Positions 1 through 8,826 of a stretch of 32,000 nt of DNA are shown piece by piece. Source of the stretch: Aulosira sp. DedQUE10 (GTDB taxonomy: Bacteria; Cyanobacteriota; Cyanobacteriia; Cyanobacteriales; Nostocaceae); contig JAVRCF010000017.1 of NCBI GenBank assembly GCA_034530935.1, positions 7,314 to 39,313 on the forward strand. Direction: 5' to 3'. The notes under the pieces were generated by a model. The model had not been told where the DNA came from and did no database searches. It worked only from the letters and a program-made list of their open reading frames with translations. A program made the translations under genes and the position numbers. Numbering within the stretch: position 1 is the first letter of the stretch; each line of letters opens with the position of its first letter.

Positions 1-725
1 GTCAAAACTTGCTGCGCCATTTGGTACATTTTGACTGTGGTTTCATCAGTGGGTAAAGGACTAGCGCCTGGTTCGTAGTAACGACCAAAGGCTGTACCTG
101 GCTCTATGGTAAGGTCATAAATTGAGATATGAGTAGGTGCGATCGCAACTGCTTGCAAGAGTGAATCCTGCCAACGCTCTAAAGACTGATGCGGTAAACC
201 AGAAATTAAGTCTAAACTAAATTCGGGAATCTCGACTTTGCGGACTAATTCTACAGCTGCAAAAATATCTGCAATTGAATGCGATCGCCCAGCAAGTTTT
301 AACAACTCTTCTTGAAACGCCTGTACGCCTAAACTGACCCGATTCACCCCTAGACTGCTGTAACTTGCTATATGTGCTAAATCAAATGTCCCTGGGTCCA
401 TTTCCATTGAAATTTCAGCCCCAGGTAAAATCCCAAAATTACTCTCTAATGCTGCTAGTATCTGCTGTAATTGGTCTGTTGAGAGCAGCGAAGGAGTACC
501 ACCACCAAAGAAAATCGTTTCTAAAGGTTTACCAAATGTCGGTGTGGTGGCAATTTCTTGAGTTAGCACTTCTACATATTGGGAAATAGTACCAGATGTT
601 TCCCCCCGCAAGCGATCGCCTACAACAGAGATGGGAAAATCACAGTAAAAACACCGCCGTCTGCAAAAGGGAATATGCACATAAGCAGAACTGGGAATGC
701 TATAAAAATTTACTTTTTGGGGCAT
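1..725 (-). CDS. hemW: Radical-SAM heme chaperone HemW / HemN-like (coproporphyrinogen III oxidase family); the C-terminal end runs off the window
   Basis: The complement of 723-725 is ATG. Translation gives MPQKVNFYSIPSSAYVHIPFCRRRCFYCDFP..., which carries the CxxxCxxC radical-SAM motif, then ...TIFFGGGTPSLL.... The frame stays open to position 1. It is absent from the ORF track only because it is open-ended. Confidence 0.8.
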   Translation of the reverse strand, partial: MPQKVNFYSIPSSAYVHIPFCRRRCFYCDFPISVVGDRLRGETSGTISQYVEVLTQEIATTPTFGKPLETIFFGGGTPSLLSTDQLQQILAALESNFGILPGAEISMEMDPGTFDLAHIASYSSLGVNRVSLGVQAFQEELLKLAGRSHSIADIFAAVELVRKVEIPEFSLDLISGLPHQSLERWQDSLLQAVAIAPTHISIYDLTIEPGTAFGRYYEPGASPLPTDETTVKMYQMAQQVL

Positions 726-976
726 TGTAAGAAACAATAAAATTAATCATACTGAAAATTACAAAGGATAAAAATTAGTAGTTTATTTACAAGTATTATC
801 GTTTCACAACAAAACGAGCAAAAATATGAAGCTAAAACTATTTCGTTATAATATTTGCAGATATTGCCTGCTTAAACCCCTAGAGTTAAGTAAACATTTC
901 TAAAGCTATTTTGCCAATGAAATAAAAAATACTTAGACTTTTTCGGTTAATACAGTTGCAGGGAAACAACATAACC

Positions 977-2053
977 ATGCTTGATGCCATTATCATTCTC
1001 TCATTCATCCTAGCAGCATCGGGAATAGGGTTCTATAGCATTGAACTACTACCCAATGGCTCGCTAGACCGGGTAACAAATTTAGAAGCCTTGCGCTTAG
1101 TTGTTGCCGTCTTTGCCGCTATCATTGGCGGTGCCGTTGGGCTAAGTTTTCAAACGACATATCGTCGCCTAGAAGCACAAGTCCGAGAAATGCCCTTAGA
1201 AGTGATCTTAACTCGTGCAATTGGTTTGGTGATTGGGCTATTGTTAGCCAACCTGATGTTAGCACCGTTATTTTTACTACCCATTCCCCCAGATTTTAGT
1301 TTTATCAAGCCCTTAGTGGCAGTGGTTGGCAGTATTATATTGTCTGTCACTGGCATGAATTTGGCAGATACCCACGGACGAGGCTTATTGCGGTTTATTA
1401 ATCCGAACACAGTAGAAACAATGGTAGCAGAAGGTACTCTTAAACCTGCTAATACTAAAGTTTTAGATACTAGCTGTATTATCGATGGTCGCATTGAAGC
1501 ACTTTTAGAAACTGGGTTTCTAGAAGGGCAAATTATCGTACCGCAGTTTGTCTTGCAAGAATTGCAACAAGTAGCCGATGCGAGTAAAGACCAAAAACGG
1601 GTACGGGGAAGACGAGGATTAGAAATTCTCAACCGCGTTAAAGAAGCTTATCCCGATCGCATTCTGATTAATCCCTCTGACTACGAAGATATTCCCACAG
1701 TCGATGCGAAGTTAGTACGATTCGCCCAAGAGATCAACGGTACACTGCTGACTAACGATTACAACTTATCAAAAGTTGCTAGCGTCCAGAAAGTACCAGT
1801 TTTAAATGTCAATGATTTAGTTAACGCCGTCCGTCCCACCTATTTACCTGGGGATAACCTTGATTTGAAAATTCTCAAGGAAGGTAAAGAACCCAGTCAG
1901 GGAATTGGCTACCTAGATGATGGCACAATGGTTGTCGTTGAGGAAGGTAGTAGTTATGTAGGTGGTGAACTGCGAGTAGTAGTCACCAGTGCTTTACAAA
2001 CTACAGCAGGACGCATGATTTTTGCGAAACCACAGGCTTCCGCATTGGCATGA
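977..2053 (+). CDS. PIN/TRAM domain membrane protein (YacL-like)
   Basis: The track ORF is 956-2053 (TTG); the first ATG is at 977 (MLDAIIILSF...). The N-terminal third is hydrophobic with about four TM segments. A PIN-like block follows (KVLDTSCIIDGRI...LTNDYNLSKVA), then a C-terminal TRAM-like beta region (GIGYLDDGTMVVVE...LRVVVTSALQT). Confidence 0.8.
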   Translation: MLDAIIILSFILAASGIGFYSIELLPNGSLDRVTNLEALRLVVAVFAAIIGGAVGLSFQTTYRRLEAQVREMPLEVILTRAIGLVIGLLLANLMLAPLFLLPIPPDFSFIKPLVAVVGSIILSVTGMNLADTHGRGLLRFINPNTVETMVAEGTLKPANTKVLDTSCIIDGRIEALLETGFLEGQIIVPQFVLQELQQVADASKDQKRVRGRRGLEILNRVKEAYPDRILINPSDYEDIPTVDAKLVRFAQEINGTLLTNDYNLSKVASVQKVPVLNVNDLVNAVRPTYLPGDNLDLKILKEGKEPSQGIGYLDDGTMVVVEEGSSYVGGELRVVVTSALQTTAGRMIFAKPQASALA

Positions 2054-2086
2054 GACAATAGAATGTTTAATCGATGTGAATTTGCG

Positions 2087-2120
2087 ATCGGTGTAGGTTA
2101 ACTGCACCGATTGTTTATTG
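2087..2120 (+). terminator. Weak candidate intrinsic terminator after the PIN/TRAM gene
   Basis: A 7-bp stem atcggtg/caccgat (2087-2093 / 2105-2111) with an 11-nt loop is followed by tgtttattg. Confidence 0.35.
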
Positions 2121-2172
2121 CTTTCATTTAATCAATAAGGGTTGAACATTGGTATATGTATTTAATCCAACC

Positions 2173-2694
2173 TTATTGCTTATCGTCGCTTCCTAATTCT
2201 GTCTGGAAATGCTGTAACTGCTCAGTTGATAAGCCTGTAACTCTTGCTACTTGTTCTAATACCATACCAGTATTAATTAGATTTCTTGCCACTTCCAGTA
2301 AAGCTTCAGTCTTACCTTCAGCCTTACCTTCTTCTAGAATATCTTGATAAATCACTGATTCGCGCATAATATCTGACCTCAAAATTCGTTTGATGACCTC
2401 TTTTTCCAATACTAAACCAGCTAAAATTGCCGTAGCAGCAGCAATATTACTTTGAGTTGCGGATTCTGTCATGCTATTAATTTCTCGTGCCACTTGGTTT
2501 AGCACTGCTTCTGGATCAATTGTACTACTCAATACGGCAAAAGGTAACAGTCCAGGCGTTCTCAGAAATACTTCGGTTAGTTGTTCCCAAAGTCTGATAA
2601 CTGTAAATTCATGATGTGTCCCCGGAATTGAAAATGTGTTTTGTTGCACCAAATCTGAATTTGTCTGTTTAAGGTAAATTACAAATTGATGCAT
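2173..2694 (-). pseudogene. 5'-truncated Rpn-family recombination-promoting nuclease/putative transposase remnant (C-terminal part only)
   Basis: The translation starts inside the family-typical block HQFVIYLKQTNSDLVQQNTF...VIRLWEQLTEVFLRTPGLLPFAVL...QSNIAAATAILAGLVLEKEVIKRILRSDIMRESVIYQDI. From memory, full-length relatives carry roughly 100 additional N-terminal residues holding the nuclease core. That space is occupied here by an unrelated plus-strand ORF. Confidence 0.55.
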
Positions 2695-3056
2695 TGCTTT
2701 TGTGGGAAAGCGCCGATAGCCGCGAACCCGATAACGCAGTACGTGGGGGATTTTACTTTAATCCACTCAATTTAGCTGCTGTTAAAAGTTTGCTAACTAA
2801 AGAACCAGAAGCTGCAATTCCTTTTTTGGATCGATGTCTAAAATTTCCCGATCGCCCATCTTTTTCTCGCTTTTTGGTTCTGATGAATCCTCATATACTG
2901 AGTTCATTTCTAGCAAGATACTATAAATCTTGGTTTTGGCCAGAAAGGTATGCGATCGCTCAAAACCCTAATACCGATACCGACATTTGCCAACAACTAA
3001 CGCAAGATCCCAATAGCATTGTTCGTGCTGCTGCACGAAATAATTTAAAGTTGTAG
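2694..3056 (+). CDS. Short ORF with a leucine-rich-repeat-variant/HEAT-like C-terminus; possibly a gene fragment
   Basis: It has a TTG start only, and the first ATG is far inside. The C-terminus ...YAIAQNPNTDTDICQQLTQDPNSIVRAAARNNL resembles LRV-type repeats. It abuts the truncated Rpn remnant exactly. Confidence 0.3.
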   Translation: MLLWESADSREPDNAVRGGFYFNPLNLAAVKSLLTKEPEAAIPFLDRCLKFPDRPSFSRFLVLMNPHILSSFLARYYKSWFWPERYAIAQNPNTDTDICQQLTQDPNSIVRAAARNNLKL

Positions 3057-3102
3057 TGGCTCTTAATACTAATTGAGGATAGATATACAAAAAAATAATT
3101 TT

Positions 3103-3489
3103 TTAATCTTCATAAATTTCTAAAGGCAAGTTATCAGGGTCTTTAAAGAAAGTAAACTTCTTGCCTGTAATTTCATCAATTCTGATATTTTCTACTTCTA
3201 TACCTTGTGATTGTAAATCAATAACAATTTGCTCTATATTATCAACTGTAAATGCCAGATGCCTTAACCCACAAGCTTCAGGCGTACTAGGTCTTTGTGG
3301 AGGATTAGGAAAAGAAAATAATTCAATTTGGCTATTATCGCCAACTCTTAAATCTAATTTATAAGAATTGCGGTGCGCGCGAAAAGTTTCTTCAATAATC
3401 GGAAACCCTAACACTTCTACATAAAATTTTTTAGATCGTTCGTAGTCAGAACAAATGATGGCTATATGATGAATGCCATTGATTTTCAT
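3103..3489 (-). CDS. VOC-family (glyoxalase/bleomycin-resistance/dioxygenase fold) metalloprotein, YaeR-like
   Basis: 128 aa. MKINGIHHIAIICSDYERSKKFYVEVLGF...GLRHLAFTVDNIE...FFKDPDNLPLEIYE is a typical paired beta-alpha-beta-beta-beta VOC signature. Confidence 0.85.
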   Translation of the reverse strand: MKINGIHHIAIICSDYERSKKFYVEVLGFPIIEETFRAHRNSYKLDLRVGDNSQIELFSFPNPPQRPSTPEACGLRHLAFTVDNIEQIVIDLQSQGIEVENIRIDEITGKKFTFFKDPDNLPLEIYED

Positions 3490-3490
3490 A

Positions 3491-3508
3491 AATTAAGAAT
3501 TACGAATT
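3491..3508. repeat. Copy of the AATTAAGAATTACGAAT(T) STRR-type motif
   Basis: The same 17-mer recurs at 15374-15390, and as its reverse complement at 15011-15027. Confidence 0.7.
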
Positions 3509-3546
3509 ATAAATTATGAAGGTACGTGATATGCCTACCCTAGCAA

Positions 3547-4827
3547 TTATTCTTGTAAAACTGTCTTGGAGACAATTCTAGTTTTTTTACGGTCTGCTTC
3601 TGAAAGTTCTTCACCAGCTTGTAAGCGAGTGGCGGAAGTTTGTAATACTGTGGCTGCACCTGTATCTCCGATTTGCAGGGCGGTATTGGCGGCTGTTTGC
3701 AGCATGGTTGCTGCACCAGCGCGATCGCCTTGTTGTAATTTCACTTCTGCTAACTGAGTTTGGCGATACTTGGCTAATGTCAAAATAGACTGTTGTACCT
3801 GGGGGTTAGCAGTTGGTTGGTAAACCTGCACCACATCTGCATACACAGGTGCGATCGCAGAAAGTAAGCCTTGTTTATCTACGGCTGGATCGTCATAGCG
3901 AATTTGAATCTGCCCAATCTCTTGTTTACCTTCAGGTAAATTGCCAAGATAAATATTGGCTAAAACTACCCGTTCGACATCTTGCATCAAGTCTCCCAAA
4001 CGCACAGCAAAGCGTCCATCTGCTTCTTGTTGCACTGGTAACTCAATTGTATCTGGCGCAACTTGGGCAATTGGTTTAAGTTCTGCTAGCCGAATATTGG
4101 GCATTAAGGACAATAGCAAGTAAGCGTTAGTTAGCCCTACAGACTGAATGCGTCTAAATAAACGGCTAAATTCCTCAACAGCTTGCTCAGGATGCTCAAT
4201 ATAAGCTAAGGTTCCACCACCAGCATCGGCAATTTTTTCTAGTAAATCCTGGTTCCAATTAGTCCCAAACCCCAGAGTATTAAGAGTCAGGTTAAACTTA
4301 GTGGCTTTGTGGGCTAGTTCTAGACAACGTTTGTTGTCATCTGGGCCTAACTCCCATTTCCAAATTCGCAAGCTGCTTTCACCCTGTCCATCTGTGAGTA
4401 AAAACGCCTGGGAAACAGTTCCTTTTGTACCTTTCATCAGTTCTGTAATTCCCAGGGCCAAACCATCAGCAATTACTGTACCGCCACTAGCGTTAAGTTT
4501 GTTTTTAATGAGTTTTTTAATACTGCCCAGGTCTTGGACTTCCTGGTTAGGTACAATAACTTCAGCTGCACCAGCAAAGGCTACTACCGAAATCCGATCG
4601 CCTGGTGTTAACTGATCCAGTAATCCCTCAACTGCTTGAATGACTGTGTTGATGGGTTTTCCATGCATGGAACCACTTTTATCGAGAATCAAGCAGAGGT
4701 TGAGAGGGAGATTGCGATCAAATTCCCCCGCAATTGCAGAAATCGAAATTCCGAGTTGACGCTGGCTACTTACTTGAGCCAGATCAACACTAGTATCACT
4801 TAGCGCCGACAGTAATTTTACTTTCAT
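3547..4827 (-). CDS. von Willebrand factor type A (vWA) domain protein, paralog 2
   Basis: 426 aa. MIDAS residues are present: DKSGSMHG (DxSxS), ASGGT, LLTDG. The C-terminal half is highly similar to the upstream paralog. Its start overlaps the upstream stop (ATGA at 4824-4827). Confidence 0.85.
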   Translation of the reverse strand: MKVKLLSALSDTSVDLAQVSSQRQLGISISAIAGEFDRNLPLNLCLILDKSGSMHGKPINTVIQAVEGLLDQLTPGDRISVVAFAGAAEVIVPNQEVQDLGSIKKLIKNKLNASGGTVIADGLALGITELMKGTKGTVSQAFLLTDGQGESSLRIWKWELGPDDNKRCLELAHKATKFNLTLNTLGFGTNWNQDLLEKIADAGGGTLAYIEHPEQAVEEFSRLFRRIQSVGLTNAYLLLSLMPNIRLAELKPIAQVAPDTIELPVQQEADGRFAVRLGDLMQDVERVVLANIYLGNLPEGKQEIGQIQIRYDDPAVDKQGLLSAIAPVYADVVQVYQPTANPQVQQSILTLAKYRQTQLAEVKLQQGDRAGAATMLQTAANTALQIGDTGAATVLQTSATRLQAGEELSEADRKKTRIVSKTVLQE

Positions 4828-6080
4828 GGGCGTGGTGTATCTTGCAACACTGTTTTTGAGACAATTCTGGTTTTCTTGCGATCGCCCTCGGATAACTCTT
4901 CACCAGCTTGCAGGCGAGTGGCGGAAGTTTGCAACACTGTCGCTGCACCTGTATCTCCCATTTGCAAAGCAGTTTTGGCAGCAGTTTGCAGCATTGTCGC
5001 CGCCCCAGCGCGATCGCCTTGTAGCAACTTCGCCTCTGCTAATTGGGTTTGGCGATACTTGGCTAATGCTAGGATAGATTGTTGTACTTCGGGATTAGCC
5101 GATGGTTGGTAAACCCTAGCCACATTTGCATACACTGGGATATTGGCTGTGAATAAACTCATTTGGTTGCTAGCTGGGTCATCGTAGCGGACTTGCAAAT
5201 TTGCGATCGCCTGTTTACCTTCGGGTAACTGTCCCAAATAAATATTAGCTAAAATTACCCGTTCCACATCCTTCATTAAGTCTCCCAAGCGCACCGCAAA
5301 CCTGCCATCGGCTTCTTGTTGGATTGGTAACTCAATTGTATCTGGTGCAACTTGGGCAATTGGTTTAAGTTCTGCCAACCGCACATTTGGCATCAGGGAG
5401 AATAGCAAATAGGCATTAGTCAAGCCAATTGTTTGAATCCGGCTGAAAAGACGGTTAAACTCCTCCACTACCTGATCGGCTTTTTGAATGTAAGACAACG
5501 TACCCAAACCAGCGTCCGCAATTTTTTCTAAAATATCTTGATTCCAGTTGTCACCAAAACCTAAGGTGTTTAAAGTCAAACTATAATTAGCAGCTAATTG
5601 GGCAAATTTCAAACAGCGATCGTTATTGCCGTGTTCATTCTCACCATCAGTTAACAAAAAGGCTTGAGAAACAGTATCCTTTTTGCCTTTTGCTAACTCC
5701 TCAATGCCCAAACGCAAACCTTCATCAATTGCCGTCCCACCATCGGCAGTAAGGCGGTTAATTTGTCTTTTAATATATTCTGGATCTTCTATAGCTTGAT
5801 TGGGTATAAGGACTTTAGCCCGATGATCAAACACCACAACAGTCAGCCGATCCCCTGGTTTGAGTCTGTCAACCAGCCTATTTGCTGCTTGCTTGACGGT
5901 TTCTAAGGGTCGCCCATTCATTGAACCACTATGATCGAGAATTAAACATAAATTTAGTGGGACATTCCGATCCACAATTTCTGCGATCGCAGAAATTGAA
6001 ATCGCTAACTGACGCTGACTGCTCGGTTGATTGGCATCTAAATTACTATCATTCAGAGCAGGTTGTAAATTAACTTTCAT
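4824..6080 (-). CDS. von Willebrand factor type A (vWA) domain protein, paralog 1
   Basis: 418 aa. MIDAS residues are present: DHSGSMNG, ADGGT, LLTDG. No signal peptide. The C-terminal tail ...GDRAGAATMLQTAAKTALQMGDTGAATVLQTSATRLQAGEELSE is shared with paralog 2. Confidence 0.85.
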   Translation of the reverse strand: MKVNLQPALNDSNLDANQPSSQRQLAISISAIAEIVDRNVPLNLCLILDHSGSMNGRPLETVKQAANRLVDRLKPGDRLTVVVFDHRAKVLIPNQAIEDPEYIKRQINRLTADGGTAIDEGLRLGIEELAKGKKDTVSQAFLLTDGENEHGNNDRCLKFAQLAANYSLTLNTLGFGDNWNQDILEKIADAGLGTLSYIQKADQVVEEFNRLFSRIQTIGLTNAYLLFSLMPNVRLAELKPIAQVAPDTIELPIQQEADGRFAVRLGDLMKDVERVILANIYLGQLPEGKQAIANLQVRYDDPASNQMSLFTANIPVYANVARVYQPSANPEVQQSILALAKYRQTQLAEAKLLQGDRAGAATMLQTAAKTALQMGDTGAATVLQTSATRLQAGEELSEGDRKKTRIVSKTVLQDTPRP

Positions 6081-6234
6081 AACGCAAAGTTCCTAGCAAG
6101 GATACAGATATTTATAAATAACTTCAAAGCGTAACATTAACGCTACGGAAAACAAATAGATTTATAAGCTGTAACGTTTTGAAACGTCAAAAATCCAGAT
6201 TCCAAAGTCAAATGAATTTTGCCTTTTGCCTTTT

Positions 6235-6256
6235 GAGACGCGATGAATCGCGTCTC
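6235..6256. repeat. Small dispersed hairpin repeat GAGACGCGATGAATCGCGTCTC
   Basis: A perfect 9-bp stem with a 4-nt loop. Related copies lie at 21575-21594 and 29837-29861. It is flanked by TTTTGCC heptamers. Confidence 0.8.
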
Positions 6257-6453
6257 TACGACTTTTGACAACCTTAACGAAAAAATATGCAACTTAAAAT
6301 CGCAGTAGCTTATATTCAGAATATCTTAGAAGCTAAGGATTGGCAGATGCTCAGCCCCCTGACCCATTAGCCAGAAATCCACACCTTGAAGATAGCTAGC
6401 ATCGCGCTAGTATGTATTACAGTTAACGGCATAATTTCAGGCGCTCAGTAGCT

Positions 6454-7116
6454 ATGGACAATTCCCCCATCAAGGCTGTTCAAGCCCCCTATTACGGCGA
6501 TAACTCTTACCGGACACCGCCGCCAGATTTACCTTCCCTCTTATTAAAGGAGCGAATTGTCTATCTTGGGATGCCACTGGTGCCTGCTGTCACGGAATTG
6601 ATTGTCGCCCAACTACTGTATTTACAGTCCGACGATCCAGAGAAGCCGATTAAAATTTATATCAACTCCACCGGCACATCCGGTTATAGTGGCGATCCCA
6701 TTGGCTTTGAAACCGAAGCCTTCGCCATCTATGACACCATGAAATACATCAAGCCACCCATCCATACTATTTGCATTGGTTCAGCAATGGGTATGGCAGC
6801 GATGCTACTCGGTGCCGGTACTAAAGGTTGCCGCGCGAGTTTACCCAACGCCAATATTATCCTGCATCAGCCCAAGAGCTACGCCCAAGGTCAAGCAACG
6901 GATATTCAAATTCGGGCGAAGGAAGTTCTGGCAAACAAGGCTTCAATGGTTGACATCATACATCGCACCACCGGGCAAGCCCCAGAAAAAATTACCAAAG
7001 ATATGGATCGCCTGTTCTACATGACTCCCTATCAAGCTAAGGAATATGGTTTGATTGACCGAGTTTTTGAAAAAGAAGAACTGGCCAATCCACCTCTGCC
7101 TGCTAGTGTCCTTTAA
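6454..7116 (+). CDS. clpR: ClpR, a catalytically inactive ClpP-like subunit
   Basis: 220 aa of the ClpP family. Aligned to the downstream ClpP, CIGSAMGMAAMLL versus [13 protein letters not shown] puts Gly where the catalytic Ser should be. DRLFYM versus DRDFFM shows loss of the triad Asp. Confidence 0.85.
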   Translation: MDNSPIKAVQAPYYGDNSYRTPPPDLPSLLLKERIVYLGMPLVPAVTELIVAQLLYLQSDDPEKPIKIYINSTGTSGYSGDPIGFETEAFAIYDTMKYIKPPIHTICIGSAMGMAAMLLGAGTKGCRASLPNANIILHQPKSYAQGQATDIQIRAKEVLANKASMVDIIHRTTGQAPEKITKDMDRLFYMTPYQAKEYGLIDRVFEKEELANPPLPASVL

Positions 7117-7117
7117 T

Positions 7118-7188
7118 TTGTTATTTGTCCTTTGTCCTTTGTCTCAAGACTAATGACTAATGACCAATGACTAATGACCAATGACTAA
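7118..7188. repeat. STRR-type heptamer tandem repeats in the clpR-clpP spacer
   Basis: TTTGTCC units are followed by alternating AATGACT/AATGACC units. TGACCAA is the complement of the classic STRR heptamer TTGGTCA. Confidence 0.8.
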
Positions 7189-7209
7189 ATTACTTTTGGA
7201 GTAGCGACA

Positions 7210-7803
7210 ATGCCTATAGGTGTTCCTAAAGTTCCTTACCGGATGCCCGGCGGGCAGTTTACAGATTGGATTAGTATCTACGATCGCCTGTACCGAGAAA
7301 GAATTATTTTCTTGGGGCGTGACATTGATGATGAAATAGCCAATCAAATTATTGCCGTTATGCTGTATCTGGATTCAGAAGATCCAGGTAAGGATATTTA
7401 TTTGTACATCAATTCCCCTGGTGGTATGGTTACCTCAGGCTTGGCAATTTTTGATACCATGCAACACATCAAATCAGATGTGGTGACAATCTGTGTCGGT
7501 TTAGCCGCCTCAATGGGTTCTTTCCTGTTGGCAGCTGGAACCAAAGGCAAACGCATGGCATTACCTCACTCACGGATTATGATTCACCAACCTTCTGGTG
7601 GAACCCGTGGACAAGCAACCGATATCGAAATTGAAGCTAGAGAGATTCTGCGGATTCGTCACCAGCTCAATCAGATTTATGTCAACAATACAGGTCAGAC
7701 TTTAGCCAAGATTGAAAAAGACATGGATCGTGACTTTTTCATGTCTGCCGCAGAAGCTAAAGAGTACGGTTTGATTGACCGTGTAATTGAAGAACGCCCA
7801 TAA
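7210..7803 (+). CDS. clpP: ATP-dependent Clp protease proteolytic subunit ClpP (ClpP3-like by its pairing with clpR)
   Basis: 197 aa. The Ser-His-Asp context is intact (GLAASMG, IMIHQP, DRDFFM). It lies 93 bp downstream of clpR on the same strand. Confidence 0.9.
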   Translation: MPIGVPKVPYRMPGGQFTDWISIYDRLYRERIIFLGRDIDDEIANQIIAVMLYLDSEDPGKDIYLYINSPGGMVTSGLAIFDTMQHIKSDVVTICVGLAASMGSFLLAAGTKGKRMALPHSRIMIHQPSGGTRGQATDIEIEAREILRIRHQLNQIYVNNTGQTLAKIEKDMDRDFFMSAAEAKEYGLIDRVIEERP

Positions 7804-7805
7804 TC

Positions 7806-7891
7806 GGAAGGGGATGAGGCGGATGAGGGGGATGAGGGGGACAAGGAGGAAATAACAAATCCCAATTACCAATGCCCCATGCCCCATTCCC
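7806..7891. repeat. Nonamer (TGAGGGGGA-like, about 5 units) and heptamer (ATGCCCC, about 3 units) tandem repeats
   Basis: cggaagggga tgaggcgga tgaggggga tgaggggga caaggagga at 7806-7850; atgcccc atgcccc attccc at 7872-7891. Confidence 0.8.
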
Positions 7892-7999
7892 AAAAACTGT
7901 CAATACTGAACTTTCAATTAGAAAATTACTTTTTATTATTAATAACTCAACTTGAAGCACAAAGCTTTAAGCTGAACATTTGCTAGCTCATAGCTCAAG

Positions 8000-8629
8000 A
8001 TGGATCTTGGAGATTGCTACCGTTTATTGGGTTTAAGATCAGGAGCCTCTTTTGCCGACATCAAAACGTCTTACAGACGATTGGCGCAGCAATATCATCC
8101 TGATATCAACCCAGATGACAACCAAGCTAAAGACAAATTTATTGCCTTAACCGAGGCTTACAAATTTCTGTTGACGGTAGTAATACCAGAGGATACAGTT
8201 GGCGCAAAGTCGAGTCAGTACCCAGTGTCCGAGGGTGAGGGCGCAAAGTCAACTGCTCAAGAAAAAGCACCAGCGACTTCGGTGAAAACCCCAAAGACGC
8301 AAACCGCACCAAAGCCACCAAGCGTCACAGCAATAGAACAAAGGCTAAAATGGAAGACTTATGAACAGTTGCAGCGCTTTTTAAAAGAAAAACGATTTCC
8401 TCAGGCGATCGCACTTGCCGAAGCTTTGGCAGATCGTTTACCAGACGATGCAGAAGTTCGTCAGTGGCAAGCCATCGCTTATCAACTTTGGGGACGAGTG
8501 CTAATTGATCAACATCAAGTGCACAAAGCTAGAATTTATCTTAAAAAAGCCTTAAAGACTGACCCTAACAACAAAGCTTTGTGGAATGAAGTACAACGGG
8601 ATTTCCAGCGTTTAGATCAGATTTTTTAA
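8000..8629 (+). CDS. J-domain (DnaJ N-terminal) protein with a TPR-like C-terminus
   Basis: CYRLLGLRSGASFADIKTSYRRLAQQYHPDINPDD...FIALTEAYKFL contains the HPD tripeptide. The C-terminal part is helical and TPR-like (KARIYLKKALKTDPNNKALW). Confidence 0.8.
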   Translation: MDLGDCYRLLGLRSGASFADIKTSYRRLAQQYHPDINPDDNQAKDKFIALTEAYKFLLTVVIPEDTVGAKSSQYPVSEGEGAKSTAQEKAPATSVKTPKTQTAPKPPSVTAIEQRLKWKTYEQLQRFLKEKRFPQAIALAEALADRLPDDAEVRQWQAIAYQLWGRVLIDQHQVHKARIYLKKALKTDPNNKALWNEVQRDFQRLDQIF

Positions 8630-8769
8630 GATTTTAGGAATACTAAAAAATAAATTATCTAATATTTCGTAGAGTGCGTTAGGCATTGCGCCCAAAGTAC
8701 TCCACTTTCTGGTATGAGATGCAACGGGGTTTACAGGGCTTAGATCAATTCTGTATGAAGATGCACATA

Positions 8770-8826
8770 ACAAGACCCCCCTGTAGTCCCCCCTTGCTAA
8801 GGGGGGACGGCGTTAGCCGGGGGGTA
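8770..8826. repeat. Nested C6/G6 hairpin element (small dispersed repeat type)
   Basis: acccccc tgtagt cccccc ttgctaa gggggg acggcgttagcc gggggg. The inner stem is at 8788-8806 and an outer C6/G6 pair encloses it. Confidence 0.6.

Noticed and set aside
1150-1632. 160-aa minus-strand ORF
   Set aside because: It is entirely antisense to the well-supported PIN/TRAM gene, and its low-complexity, Arg/Ser-rich composition is typical of shadow ORFs.
977-2053. PIN domain as a VapC-type toxin of a toxin-antitoxin pair
   Set aside because: The protein is a 358-aa membrane-anchored PIN/TRAM (YacL-like) housekeeping type. There is no small upstream antitoxin ORF.
3566-5112. Several plus-strand ORFs (63-104 aa) inside the vWA genes
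   Set aside because: They are shadow frames antisense to two strongly supported paralogous CDSs. The same shadow ORF appears in both copies only because the copies are similar.
6081-6453. NtcA-type GTA-N8-TAC site in the vWA/clpR divergent spacer
   Set aside because: The closest matches (gtaacattaacgctac, gtatgtattac) have the wrong spacing (N10, N5). No convincing -10 element lies at the right distance.
7702-7960. Two minus-strand ORFs (63 and 67 aa) including a PPHPPHPPHP stretch
   Set aside because: They are generated by the nonamer/heptamer tandem repeats downstream of clpP and overlap the clpP 3' end. They have no start context or family resemblance.
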